A stretch of DNA of 14,403 nucleotides, from positions 1 through 14,403 of the forward strand of contig JBHHUM010000052.1 of NCBI GenBank assembly GCA_046861645.1, in the 5' to 3' direction. A program made the translations under genes and the position numbers. Position 1 is the stretch's first letter. Each line of letters begins with the position of its first letter. A model generated the notes under the pieces. It worked only from the letters and a program-made list of their open reading frames with translations. It was not told where the DNA came from and searched no databases. The DNA is from Fidelibacterota bacterium (GTDB lineage: Bacteria; Fidelibacterota; Marinisomatia; Marinisomatales; UBA2128). Positions 1-7,967 of this stretch are shown here, piece after piece.

Positions 1-275
1 TCATAAATAGTTCGATCCTGAACCGCTGGACGATTACCGGTGATCATATGACGTTGTGTCTGGAATCGTTTGGAGAGAAAATAGACCTGCAAATGGAAAC
101 TCCAACGTGACATATCTCCATAAAAGTCTGCAAGATAAGGATTATCATCCACAGACTCATAAAAGGGCCGCCAGTTGAGGCGATCAGCTACAATATCTGT
201 CAGGGTAGTCTTACCCACTGCAATATTACCAGCAATGCTTACGAAGGGCTGAAGAAATTTTTGGGAACTACTCAT
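1..275 (-). CDS. Deoxynucleoside kinase family protein (dCK/dGK-like), 3' part truncated by the window edge
   Basis: Manual translation from the ATG at 275 (ATGA overlap with the mtaB stop) gives MSSSQKFLQPFVSIAGNIAVGKTTLTDIVADRLNWRPFYESVDDNPYLADFYGDMSRWSFHLQVYFLSKRF...QDRTIY. The P-loop GNIAVGKTT, NPYLxDFY, LQxYFL and DRTIY motifs are typical of bacterial deoxynucleoside kinases. The frame is open to the edge. Confidence 0.92.
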   Translation of the reverse strand, partial: MSSSQKFLQPFVSIAGNIAVGKTTLTDIVADRLNWRPFYESVDDNPYLADFYGDMSRWSFHLQVYFLSKRFQTQRHMITGNRPAVQDRTIY

Positions 276-1603
276 GTTAAAGCCATACCAACCAAATCGA
301 TACCTCTTTTCATATTAAAACGAACAGGAATAATTGTGTTAGTATATCCCCTCTTACATTTAAAATTCTGAGGGATCCTGACAACTGATCTTAAATAATT
401 CGGTGTCAAACCCGAATATGTTCCATCTTCTTGCTGTGTTTCAACTAGAACGGGAAGGGTCTTGCCCACAAACCCTCGAACATATTCCCGTTTCTTTTTT
501 AGCCCAACCTCGCGTAATACTGCACTTCGCTCTTTTTTCACCGATTCTGGTATTTGATCCTCCATCAAAGAGGCAACCGTCCCTTCACGAGACGAATAGC
601 GGAAAATATGAAGATAGGTGAATGGTAATTCGATAACTCGTTTCACAGTCTGTTGAAATAATGATTCAGTTTCTCCCGGATATCCTACAATAATATCTGT
701 TCCAAGAGCCACATCAGGAAGAATACTTGTAATATCATTTATTACTTCAAGATATTCTTTAAATTCATATTTCCTTTGCATAGCTGCTAATATAGTATCA
801 GATCCCGACTGTAGAGGTACATGTAAATGAGGACAAATATTTTCCCGCTCCTTTATCAGATAAAGTAAATCCTTAGTAATGGTATTAGGCTCTATCGAGC
901 TGATCCGAATACGTTCCAAACCATCGATATCACTCAAACCCACTAATAGATCGTGCAGTTTGTATAACTCTCCATTTTGATGTTGATAAGTCCCGATGTT
1001 AATGCCTGTAAGTACAATCTCTCGGTATCCTGCTTCTACCAAACGCTTAGCCTCATTTATGACTTTATCATAATCACGGCTACGAGCTTTCCCTCTCGCA
1101 AAAGGAATGATGCAATAGCTACAGTAATAGTTACATCCTTCCTGGATTTTGAGAAATGCCCGCGTCCGAGTTGTAGAAGAGATAAATTTTGAATCATCAT
1201 AACTGTCTATTTCACCACTCTCGTTAACGAACACCAATACTTTACTCTCTGAATTGTCATCCAGATAGTCGAAAAGACGATGTTTTTCAGACGTACCTAA
1301 AATAAGGTTCACTCCTTTGATTGCTTTAATATCATCTGGTCGGATTTGTGCATAACAACCCGTGACAACAATTTTCCCCTCTGGAGAAGCATTGATTGCT
1401 TTTCGAATAACTGAACGACTCTTGGAATCAGCTTGATTGGTAACAGTACAGGTGTTAATCACTGAAATATCTGCTGTCTCACCAAAAGGTATAATTTTAT
1501 AATTCCGATTGACAAACTCTTGCTGGATAGCGTTTGTTTCTGATTGATTCAACTTGCATCCTAAAGTTTGAAAGCTTACAGTAGGGCTATTACTATTAAT
1601 CAT
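272..1603 (-). CDS. mtaB: tRNA t6A37 methylthiotransferase MtaB (radical SAM, MiaB-like family)
   Basis: The N-terminal methylthiotransferase Cys motifs TLGCKLNQ, NTCTVT and VTGCYAQ are present, as are the radical SAM CNYYCSYC motif, HLHVPLQSGSD, TDIIVGYPGET and C-terminal GLTPNY. I prefer the ATG at 1603 over the TTG at 1606. Confidence 0.88.
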   Translation of the reverse strand: MINSNSPTVSFQTLGCKLNQSETNAIQQEFVNRNYKIIPFGETADISVINTCTVTNQADSKSRSVIRKAINASPEGKIVVTGCYAQIRPDDIKAIKGVNLILGTSEKHRLFDYLDDNSESKVLVFVNESGEIDSYDDSKFISSTTRTRAFLKIQEGCNYYCSYCIIPFARGKARSRDYDKVINEAKRLVEAGYREIVLTGINIGTYQHQNGELYKLHDLLVGLSDIDGLERIRISSIEPNTITKDLLYLIKERENICPHLHVPLQSGSDTILAAMQRKYEFKEYLEVINDITSILPDVALGTDIIVGYPGETESLFQQTVKRVIELPFTYLHIFRYSSREGTVASLMEDQIPESVKKERSAVLREVGLKKKREYVRGFVGKTLPVLVETQQEDGTYSGLTPNYLRSVVRIPQNFKCKRGYTNTIIPVRFNMKRGIDLVGMALT

Positions 1604-1612
1604 CAAAAGTCT

Positions 1613-2578
1613 TTATGCTCGTAGGATATGGCAGGCTGCCAGATGTCCTTTTTCTACCTCTTTAAATTCAGGAAAAGTAATGAAACACCTATTATTAAGA
1701 GTACCATCGGTATCCGCGGCAAGAGGACAACGGGGATGGAAATAACATCCTGAAGGAAGTTTAGCAGGATTTGCAACTTCACCAAAAGTAGTTACTTTTC
1801 CTCTTGCAGAAGCCATAATGGATTGAGTATAAGGATGGAGAGGTTCACTCATAACCTGCTCGGTAGCTCCCATTTCCACGATCTTGCCAGCGTACATGAC
1901 TGCAATCCGATGGGCAATCTGCCGTACTACAGAAAGATCGTGGGAAATAAAAAGATAAGCAAAACCTTTGTCCTGTTGGAGATGCATTAACAGGTTCAGG
2001 ATCTGTGCTTGTACAGACACATCCAGAGCCGAAACGATCTCGTCACAAATAATAAGCTTGGGTTCCACTGCTAACGCTCGGGCAATACCTATTCTCTGCC
2101 GCTGGCCACCTGAAAATTCGTGTGGATAACGATCTATTTGATCGGGTGACAACTCTACCATCTGCATCAATGTTACTAAACGTTGAGTAATTTGATCAAC
2201 GGGTACTACTCGATGCTGTCTCAACACTTCACTGATGGCTTCCCCAATCGTCATCCGGGGATTAAGGGAGCTAAATGGATCCTGAAAAATAAGCTGTACT
2301 TCCCGAGCTGTTCGAGACTTTTCCCCTAAATTTTGACCATTAATAAATACATCCCCCCTATTAGGTATTTGTAATTTGACTACAGTTCTTCCCAGGGTAG
2401 ATTTACCACAACCTGATTCACCTACCAATCCCAGTGTCTCTCCTGGCCAAATATCAAGCGATACTCCGTTTACAGCTCGGATCATCCCTTTCTTTCGACG
2501 TAGAAATCCAGTTTCAATGGGAAAATGGACGGAAAGTGAATCTAACTTTAGGATTGGAGGTTCAATAGAGTCGATCAT
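1613..2578 (-). CDS. Oligopeptide/dipeptide ABC transporter ATP-binding subunit (OppF/AppF-like)
   Basis: Walker A GESGCGKST, Q-loop IFQDP, signature YPHEFSGGQRQR, Walker B IICDE, H-switch ISHD and a C-terminal HPY...GCYFHPRCP...AACH extension. Confidence 0.93.
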   Translation of the reverse strand: MIDSIEPPILKLDSLSVHFPIETGFLRRKKGMIRAVNGVSLDIWPGETLGLVGESGCGKSTLGRTVVKLQIPNRGDVFINGQNLGEKSRTAREVQLIFQDPFSSLNPRMTIGEAISEVLRQHRVVPVDQITQRLVTLMQMVELSPDQIDRYPHEFSGGQRQRIGIARALAVEPKLIICDEIVSALDVSVQAQILNLLMHLQQDKGFAYLFISHDLSVVRQIAHRIAVMYAGKIVEMGATEQVMSEPLHPYTQSIMASARGKVTTFGEVANPAKLPSGCYFHPRCPLAADTDGTLNNRCFITFPEFKEVEKGHLAACHILRA

Positions 2579-3636
2579 GAAAGGTGAATACGGCTCTGAT
2601 CCCCAATAAGAAGACGGTGGCTTTTAGGTTTGGCAGATCCGAGCTTTACCTCTACATCGTAGCCAATCAATGAAGATTCAATTCGGGTCTGGATATTTAT
2701 TATGGAGGTTCGTTCCATTAGAATAGAAAACTCGATTTCACTACCTTTAAGAGTACAATCATCAGCAATGGCAGTATGGGGTCCAATATAACTGTTTTCC
2801 ACTTTTACATTCTTCCCTAAGATCACAGGACCCCTAATGGTACTACCGGAAATTTTACTGCCTTCACCTATGGATACTCGTCCTGAAATAATCGAATCCT
2901 CGACTATTCCGTTAAGTTCTTCCTGCAGGTTATCCAAAACAAGTCGATTTGCTTCTAATAGATCTGATGCTTTCCCAGTATCCTTCCACCAACCGGTTAT
3001 TTCTGAAAAGGAGACATTCAATCCATGATCGATAAGGTATTGATGGGCATCGGATATCTCCAATTCTCCCCGGTCAGATGGCTTAATACTATTAACTGCT
3101 TCGAAAATAGTCTGATCATAAAGATAAATACCAGTTACTGCAAAAGAACTCTTTGGCTTGAGAGGTTTTTCATCCACTCGGACTATCCGATCTCCTTTTA
3201 TTTCCGGAACACCAAAACGCTCTGGATCTGGCACTCTACTCAATACCAAATGACAATTAGACCCATTAGCTTCAAACTCTTCAATAAAATTGCGGACGCC
3301 ACCTACAAGAATGTTATCACCTAAATAAAAAATGAATTTCTCTTCACCTATAAAGGGTTGTGCAATTTTCACAACATGTGCAAGACCAAGAGGAGCGTTT
3401 TGGGGAATATAAGTAATCTTTAAACCCATATCACTTCCGTCAGCAAACTGGTCTTCAATTTCCTTATCACCTCGATTAACAATAATTCCTACATCCTTAA
3501 TACCCGCCTCAGCTACGTATTCTAAAGCATAAGAAAGCATGGGACGGTTTGCGATGGGAATCAGGTGTTTATTTTTAGTGTGAGTTATAGGACGAAGACG
3601 AGTACCATGCCCACCAGCAGTGATGAGAGCTTTCAC
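2575..3636 (-). CDS. Glucose-1-phosphate thymidylyltransferase, long form (sugar-phosphate nucleotidyltransferase with C-terminal hexapeptide repeats)
   Basis: Motifs AGGHGTRLRPIT, KHLIPIAN, PLGLAH, YLGDN, EKP, RGELEISD and WWKDTG, followed by a left-handed beta-helix-like tail. 353 aa, with a GTG start overlapping the upstream TGA. Confidence 0.88.
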   Translation of the reverse strand: MKALITAGGHGTRLRPITHTKNKHLIPIANRPMLSYALEYVAEAGIKDVGIIVNRGDKEIEDQFADGSDMGLKITYIPQNAPLGLAHVVKIAQPFIGEEKFIFYLGDNILVGGVRNFIEEFEANGSNCHLVLSRVPDPERFGVPEIKGDRIVRVDEKPLKPKSSFAVTGIYLYDQTIFEAVNSIKPSDRGELEISDAHQYLIDHGLNVSFSEITGWWKDTGKASDLLEANRLVLDNLQEELNGIVEDSIISGRVSIGEGSKISGSTIRGPVILGKNVKVENSYIGPHTAIADDCTLKGSEIEFSILMERTSIINIQTRIESSLIGYDVEVKLGSAKPKSHRLLIGDQSRIHLS

Positions 3637-4244
3637 TCCTGTATCTCTTGCTCCTCATTTAAAGCCTGTTTACTTAAGATATCAGCCTTTTTATTCTTTT
3701 CCCGACCGATATGTTCAACAGACCAAGAGTCATATGATCCTAGCAAGCGACAGGCTTCTTTGTACAGTTTCCTGATACGGGGGTTTTTCACCTTATACTC
3801 TAAATTGATCTGTTTTACTAATAGTTCACTATCGCTGAATACATTAATTTGCATGCCCTTTAATTCCTTACCCACTTTCAAGCCCTCGATAAGGGCTTCA
3901 TATTCTGCTTCGTTATTGGTCGCCTTGCCAATATTACGAGTGAAATGATAAAGTTCCCCTTCCTTCTCCCGACCTTTTAGATAAAAAATACCGCCAATCC
4001 CAGCCTGTTCAGATTTCAGGTCAGCAGCGCCGTCTACATAGAGGACAAGTTGAATACCTTTAGTGTCCATGCCAAGTAGTCTACTGTAAAGAGCTTCATA
4101 TTCTTTAAGTGAAGTATTTGAAAATCGATTTACTACTTCACTCAATATTTCTGGTGAAAAAAGATTATGTAGAAGCACTTTTTCTCTCTGGTTTAATTTG
4201 TACATAATGGCGTGGAAATTATAGCGATTTAAATCATTGGACAA
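3633..4244 (-). CDS. Ribonuclease HI family protein (archaeal/actinobacterial-type) with an N-terminal extension
   Basis: All four acidic catalytic positions are present: YVDGA, TNNEAEYEAL, SDSELLVKQ and HIGREKNKKAD. The start is uncertain: TTG 4244 (11-nt overlap with the upstream gene) or ATG 4205. Confidence 0.88.
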   Translation of the reverse strand: MSNDLNRYNFHAIMYKLNQREKVLLHNLFSPEILSEVVNRFSNTSLKEYEALYSRLLGMDTKGIQLVLYVDGAADLKSEQAGIGGIFYLKGREKEGELYHFTRNIGKATNNEAEYEALIEGLKVGKELKGMQINVFSDSELLVKQINLEYKVKNPRIRKLYKEACRLLGSYDSWSVEHIGREKNKKADILSKQALNEEQEIQE

Positions 4245-5058
4245 AAGGATTGTTGGTATTTTTTATCTGACACTCTTCCCAGTAATAGCACCAATTGCAG
4301 AGCGGAGTTTCAATGGCTTGAAATGGTCCTCCTCGGGAGATAGTTTGCCTGATGATATCTATTTTATTTTTCGTCTCACGAATCAATTCTTTAAGTTGGG
4401 TCTCATTTCTTTTAGACTCTACAGTATCTCCTGTACGTACAAAGTGCCATACTAAACGCACATCTTCCACATGATCTTTCAATTGCTGTAAACCAAGTTG
4501 ATACAGAGCCAATTGACGATCCTTGTCAGCAGCAGCTTGAGACATCCGTCGTTTTGAAGTTTTATAATCATGAATTCCCCATTTGCCATTACCATCATGC
4601 TGTACCCGGTCAAGGACTCCTTTAATGGGATAATTATCATCCTCATCTAGGTTGAATACCAACTCTTCCTCTACACTCACCACAGGCTCATCGAAAGGAA
4701 AATACTTTCGATAGTACCATGCCAAGCACTTTTCACCTGTTTGCTGGTACTCACTCCTTGGTAGATGCTGGTTGACAAATACTACCTGATTATGCCATCC
4801 TGCTTCCCAGAGATCGTGAAAATATTCTACTAGCATATCAAAAGAAGGAATATGTCCATCCATCACTTTCCGGTATAAGAATTCCAGTGCTTCGTGAACT
4901 CTTTTTCCTAAATAGGCTTCGATGCTCTCCTGAGGTTTTTCAATTCTCTCAAGATAATAAAATCGAAATTGAGCAGGACATTTATCGAACACCGAGAGAC
5001 TTGAATGAGAAAAGGGACGTGGGTAAGAGTAATCAGACTGAAGCTGTTTCTGAGCCAT
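4234..5058 (-). CDS. PD-(D/E)XK nuclease, RecB/AddB/Cas4-like, with a probable four-cysteine Fe-S staple
   Basis: Motifs SHSSLSVFDKCP, GKRVHEALE, EEEL, GVLDRV, IHDYKTS, QLALY and C-terminal CNWCYYWEEC. The ATG overlaps the upstream TGA by 1 nt (TGATG). Confidence 0.88.
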   Translation of the reverse strand: MAQKQLQSDYSYPRPFSHSSLSVFDKCPAQFRFYYLERIEKPQESIEAYLGKRVHEALEFLYRKVMDGHIPSFDMLVEYFHDLWEAGWHNQVVFVNQHLPRSEYQQTGEKCLAWYYRKYFPFDEPVVSVEEELVFNLDEDDNYPIKGVLDRVQHDGNGKWGIHDYKTSKRRMSQAAADKDRQLALYQLGLQQLKDHVEDVRLVWHFVRTGDTVESKRNETQLKELIRETKNKIDIIRQTISRGGPFQAIETPLCNWCYYWEECQIKNTNNPFVQ

Positions 5059-6299
5059 CAGTCGCTCCCAAATGGAAAGTATGGTTCGACTAATTCATAG
5101 TCACCAAAACCGTTACGGTCAACAAATTGGAAAGAACGATTAATCTTATAATAGTACCACCGCTGATAGGCACGTCCATTTAAACCATAGGGTGTATATT
5201 GAACATCGTCTGGCGTACCAAAGAGGATATAAATCATCCCCATAGATGATTTCCATCCGTCTTGAAAGGAACCAAATTTCTCATTAGCATAACTTACCCG
5301 CTTGTAATACTCATTCATCAGTTCATTCTTCTTGGTACCTGGAGTAGGATCCCTGTTTTCCCAGAAATCTCGAAATAGTTGTTCCTGTTCTTCACCTTTA
5401 GTTTTAGCTATTTTCTTATAAGTCTTACTGGAGGCAATATATCTTAACTGCTCAATAGCAGCTTCCAAATCTTCAACTTGAGTAGGAAGTCCGCTCCATT
5501 TGACTTCCACCAAAAGCTCTCGTTGAGAATCCATTCCATCCTGACTAAGTATCGCTTCTACTTTAAATTTTTTCCTAGCAACGTGCTCTACAGGAAGTTT
5601 AACTATGTCTGATATGAAATGACCATCACTGAAACCGTTTACCACTTTTTCAGAAAGGATATCACCATCTGATGAAATGGATTTTAAAGAAAGAGTGTAT
5701 TCCCCAGGGTGTAGTCGAGCTTGATAGAAGATGGTAAAGCTGGTATCGCTTCCTGTTATTTTAGGAGGTATGATAGGTACTCCATGGGAAAATTGCTCAT
5801 GTATTAACATTTGGTTAACTAACATAAGGTCACTAAGGACAACCTCCCCACCAAAATCATCCAATTCAAGCTCTATACTTTTTTTCCCACTCTTATGAGT
5901 ATCAAGATCTTTTACTTCTATTTTACAGATAAACTTACCCAGGGAAAGAACAAAAGATCGAGTTTCCAGATCAAGGGGTTTCCGAGCGATAGTTTCCTCG
6001 TAATCTTCAGATTCAATCCGTCGCTTCCACCTATTTTGAGTGATCAACTTTTCATCTTTATCCGAAATCATCACAGCCATTTCGAACTCTGCTACAAAGA
6101 TAGAGCCCTGTTTAAGAAACTGAACGGAAGAGTAAGGTATCTTAATAAGAACTTTCAGCTTTACTGAATCAATAGTTGCTCCTGGATATACAGGAGTAAA
6201 TACATCAAATTCTGGTACACCAGGCTCTCTACCTTTCCCCTTTTGAGCAGATGTTAAAGAGAAAGAAACCAGTAAGATTAACCCTAATAAACGTCTCAT
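5058..6299 (-). CDS. Exported GWxTD-domain protein
   Basis: The C-terminal domain reads QLRYIAS...FWENRDPTPGTKKNELMNEYYKRVSYANEKF...GWKSSMGMIYILFGTPD...WYY...F.FVDRNGFGDYEL. I moved the start to ATG 6299 because it gives a signal-peptide-like MRRLLGLILLVSFSLTSA and an ATGA overlap with the upstream stop. Confidence 0.85.
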   Translation of the reverse strand: MRRLLGLILLVSFSLTSAQKGKGREPGVPEFDVFTPVYPGATIDSVKLKVLIKIPYSSVQFLKQGSIFVAEFEMAVMISDKDEKLITQNRWKRRIESEDYEETIARKPLDLETRSFVLSLGKFICKIEVKDLDTHKSGKKSIELELDDFGGEVVLSDLMLVNQMLIHEQFSHGVPIIPPKITGSDTSFTIFYQARLHPGEYTLSLKSISSDGDILSEKVVNGFSDGHFISDIVKLPVEHVARKKFKVEAILSQDGMDSQRELLVEVKWSGLPTQVEDLEAAIEQLRYIASSKTYKKIAKTKGEEQEQLFRDFWENRDPTPGTKKNELMNEYYKRVSYANEKFGSFQDGWKSSMGMIYILFGTPDDVQYTPYGLNGRAYQRWYYYKINRSFQFVDRNGFGDYELVEPYFPFGSD

Positions 6300-7963
6300 T
6301 CTACGTATCTCTGCCAATCGAATTGTGTCAGACCTGAAGGAGTTCCTATCCAAAGATAACCACCAGCTGAGGAAAGAGCATATACTTTGTTATCAGGCAA
6401 GCCATCTTCCCTTGTTAGATAAGTAATTTGATAATTATCTAAATTAACTTGATATAATCCATCCAGCATTGCTGCCCAGAGATAACGAAGCCCACTTTCC
6501 GGATCAACTGTCACAAGGAGATCAAGATATTGGTGACCAACCAGTCGGCCAGCTCCTTTCATACTTTGCCATCTATTCAGACTTTTATTGTAAATAAGTA
6601 TCCCATATTCGTCTCCAAAAAACACTTCGTTACCATTAGCTGTCATGGCTTGTTTCCGAGCGTGTAATTCAACCAAATTAAAGCCCTTATCAGCAGAATA
6701 GGGTAAATCTCTAAACGTCTCCAGTTGATTCGTTGAGGGTATCCATTTCCAGAGATTATTGATCCCCCATGAAATCCAGAGTGCTTCACCATCAAAAAAA
6801 AGATCATGGACTGTAAATCCTCTTATTTCATCTCCTTCTTGCCATGGACTACGTTTGCGGGTAGATGGATTCATTCTGATTAAACCATAAGAAGTACCTA
6901 TATAGACATAGGATCCATCAAAAGCCAAAGCTTTTATCGATCCCTCCAGCAATAACTTGTTCTCTCCAACTTGATACCATGAATTCTTTTGTTTGTCATA
7001 GATTTGAATCTCTGTTGAAGTTCCAAACCATACTTCATCTCCGACTACAACGGAAGCAAACACATTATCCGAACCAAACATTATTTCCTTTCCTTTACGA
7101 AATACATCCCAATATCCTCTTTCATAATCATATCTTGTTATTCCAGAATTATCTAATCTTGAAGCATGACCTCCTAACCATAAAGTAGTTCCATCGTACA
7201 AAAGGACAGTTGTATTTGTTTGAGCCGGTCCAAATGGAAGGGGTTCGAGAGTCATCATCTGGGGATCAGCGTAGAATACTGGACCATTAAAAGTTCCTAC
7301 CCAGATATCACCAAATCGATCCAGATAGACTGTAGAAATCATCACTTCTTCATTAAGAGAGCCTCTCAACTGATTCCCGTGAAACATCCATCCCCCCGTA
7401 GCTGTATATCCCTGGAAGAACTCATTCCAATCAACGTTCCCACTTGTTACAGCGCTCCCCCAGTTGATATCGTTATCAGGTAGTGAAGCATAGGGAGAAA
7501 TCAGATAGCCGGAAAGGCGATCAATTTTCATTACTTGACTTTGTGTGATACACCATAAATAGTTAGAAGTAGAGCCAATTCTTAGAATCTCTTCCCCGGG
7601 TCGTAAACCAAGAATTTCCGCTGAAGCAAGATACCACCTGGCACCTCCATCTATAGAGTAATTTAATCCTTGTGAGGTGGCTGCCCATAATATCTGAGTA
7701 TGTAAATCAAAGTACACTGCCGTAATGGCTTCACCTGCAATACCCTGAGACTCAGTGATAGGATAATCCCAATAATGACCAAAAAATTGATAACGCATTA
7801 TACCACCGTTAGAGGCAAAGTAAATATATTCATTTCCTTCTGTAATGGAATTTGTATACTGAACATTCTTAAAAGTTACCCAATCCCATGGGTCATAATT
7901 AATTCCAGATTGAATAAAGCCTGGTATCCATAAAATGAAAGCGATTAAACTCCCTTTGAACAC
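6296..7963 (-). CDS. Secreted/periplasmic beta-propeller repeat protein (resembles two-component regulator propeller blades), function unknown
   Basis: Hydrophobic N-terminus MFKGSLIAFILWIPGFIQS. Recurrent blade motifs include IYFASNGGI, LWAATSQGL, DRFGDIWVGT, VWFGTS, VYIGTSYGL and EDGLPDNKVYAL...LWIGTPSGL. GTG start, 555 aa. Confidence 0.75.
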   Translation of the reverse strand: MFKGSLIAFILWIPGFIQSGINYDPWDWVTFKNVQYTNSITEGNEYIYFASNGGIMRYQFFGHYWDYPITESQGIAGEAITAVYFDLHTQILWAATSQGLNYSIDGGARWYLASAEILGLRPGEEILRIGSTSNYLWCITQSQVMKIDRLSGYLISPYASLPDNDINWGSAVTSGNVDWNEFFQGYTATGGWMFHGNQLRGSLNEEVMISTVYLDRFGDIWVGTFNGPVFYADPQMMTLEPLPFGPAQTNTTVLLYDGTTLWLGGHASRLDNSGITRYDYERGYWDVFRKGKEIMFGSDNVFASVVVGDEVWFGTSTEIQIYDKQKNSWYQVGENKLLLEGSIKALAFDGSYVYIGTSYGLIRMNPSTRKRSPWQEGDEIRGFTVHDLFFDGEALWISWGINNLWKWIPSTNQLETFRDLPYSADKGFNLVELHARKQAMTANGNEVFFGDEYGILIYNKSLNRWQSMKGAGRLVGHQYLDLLVTVDPESGLRYLWAAMLDGLYQVNLDNYQITYLTREDGLPDNKVYALSSAGGYLWIGTPSGLTQFDWQRYVE

Positions 7964-7967
7964 TGAT

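Noticed and set aside
3633..4244. Retroelement or retron-associated RNase H
   Set aside because: There is no reverse transcriptase, integrase or ncRNA space nearby, and the context is housekeeping.
4234..5058. CRISPR-associated Cas4 or a CRISPR locus
   Set aside because: The motifs are Cas4/AddB-like, but there is no cas1/cas2, no repeat-spacer array and no intergenic room for one.
6300..6353. ORF-track N-terminal extension of the GWxTD protein
   Set aside because: It would overlap the upstream gene by 58 nt and bury the signal peptide. ATG 6299 gives a clean ATGA junction.
6296..7963. Hybrid two-component sensor kinase
   Set aside because: Only propeller blades are present. No transmembrane helix, kinase or receiver domain follows, and the next gene is unrelated.
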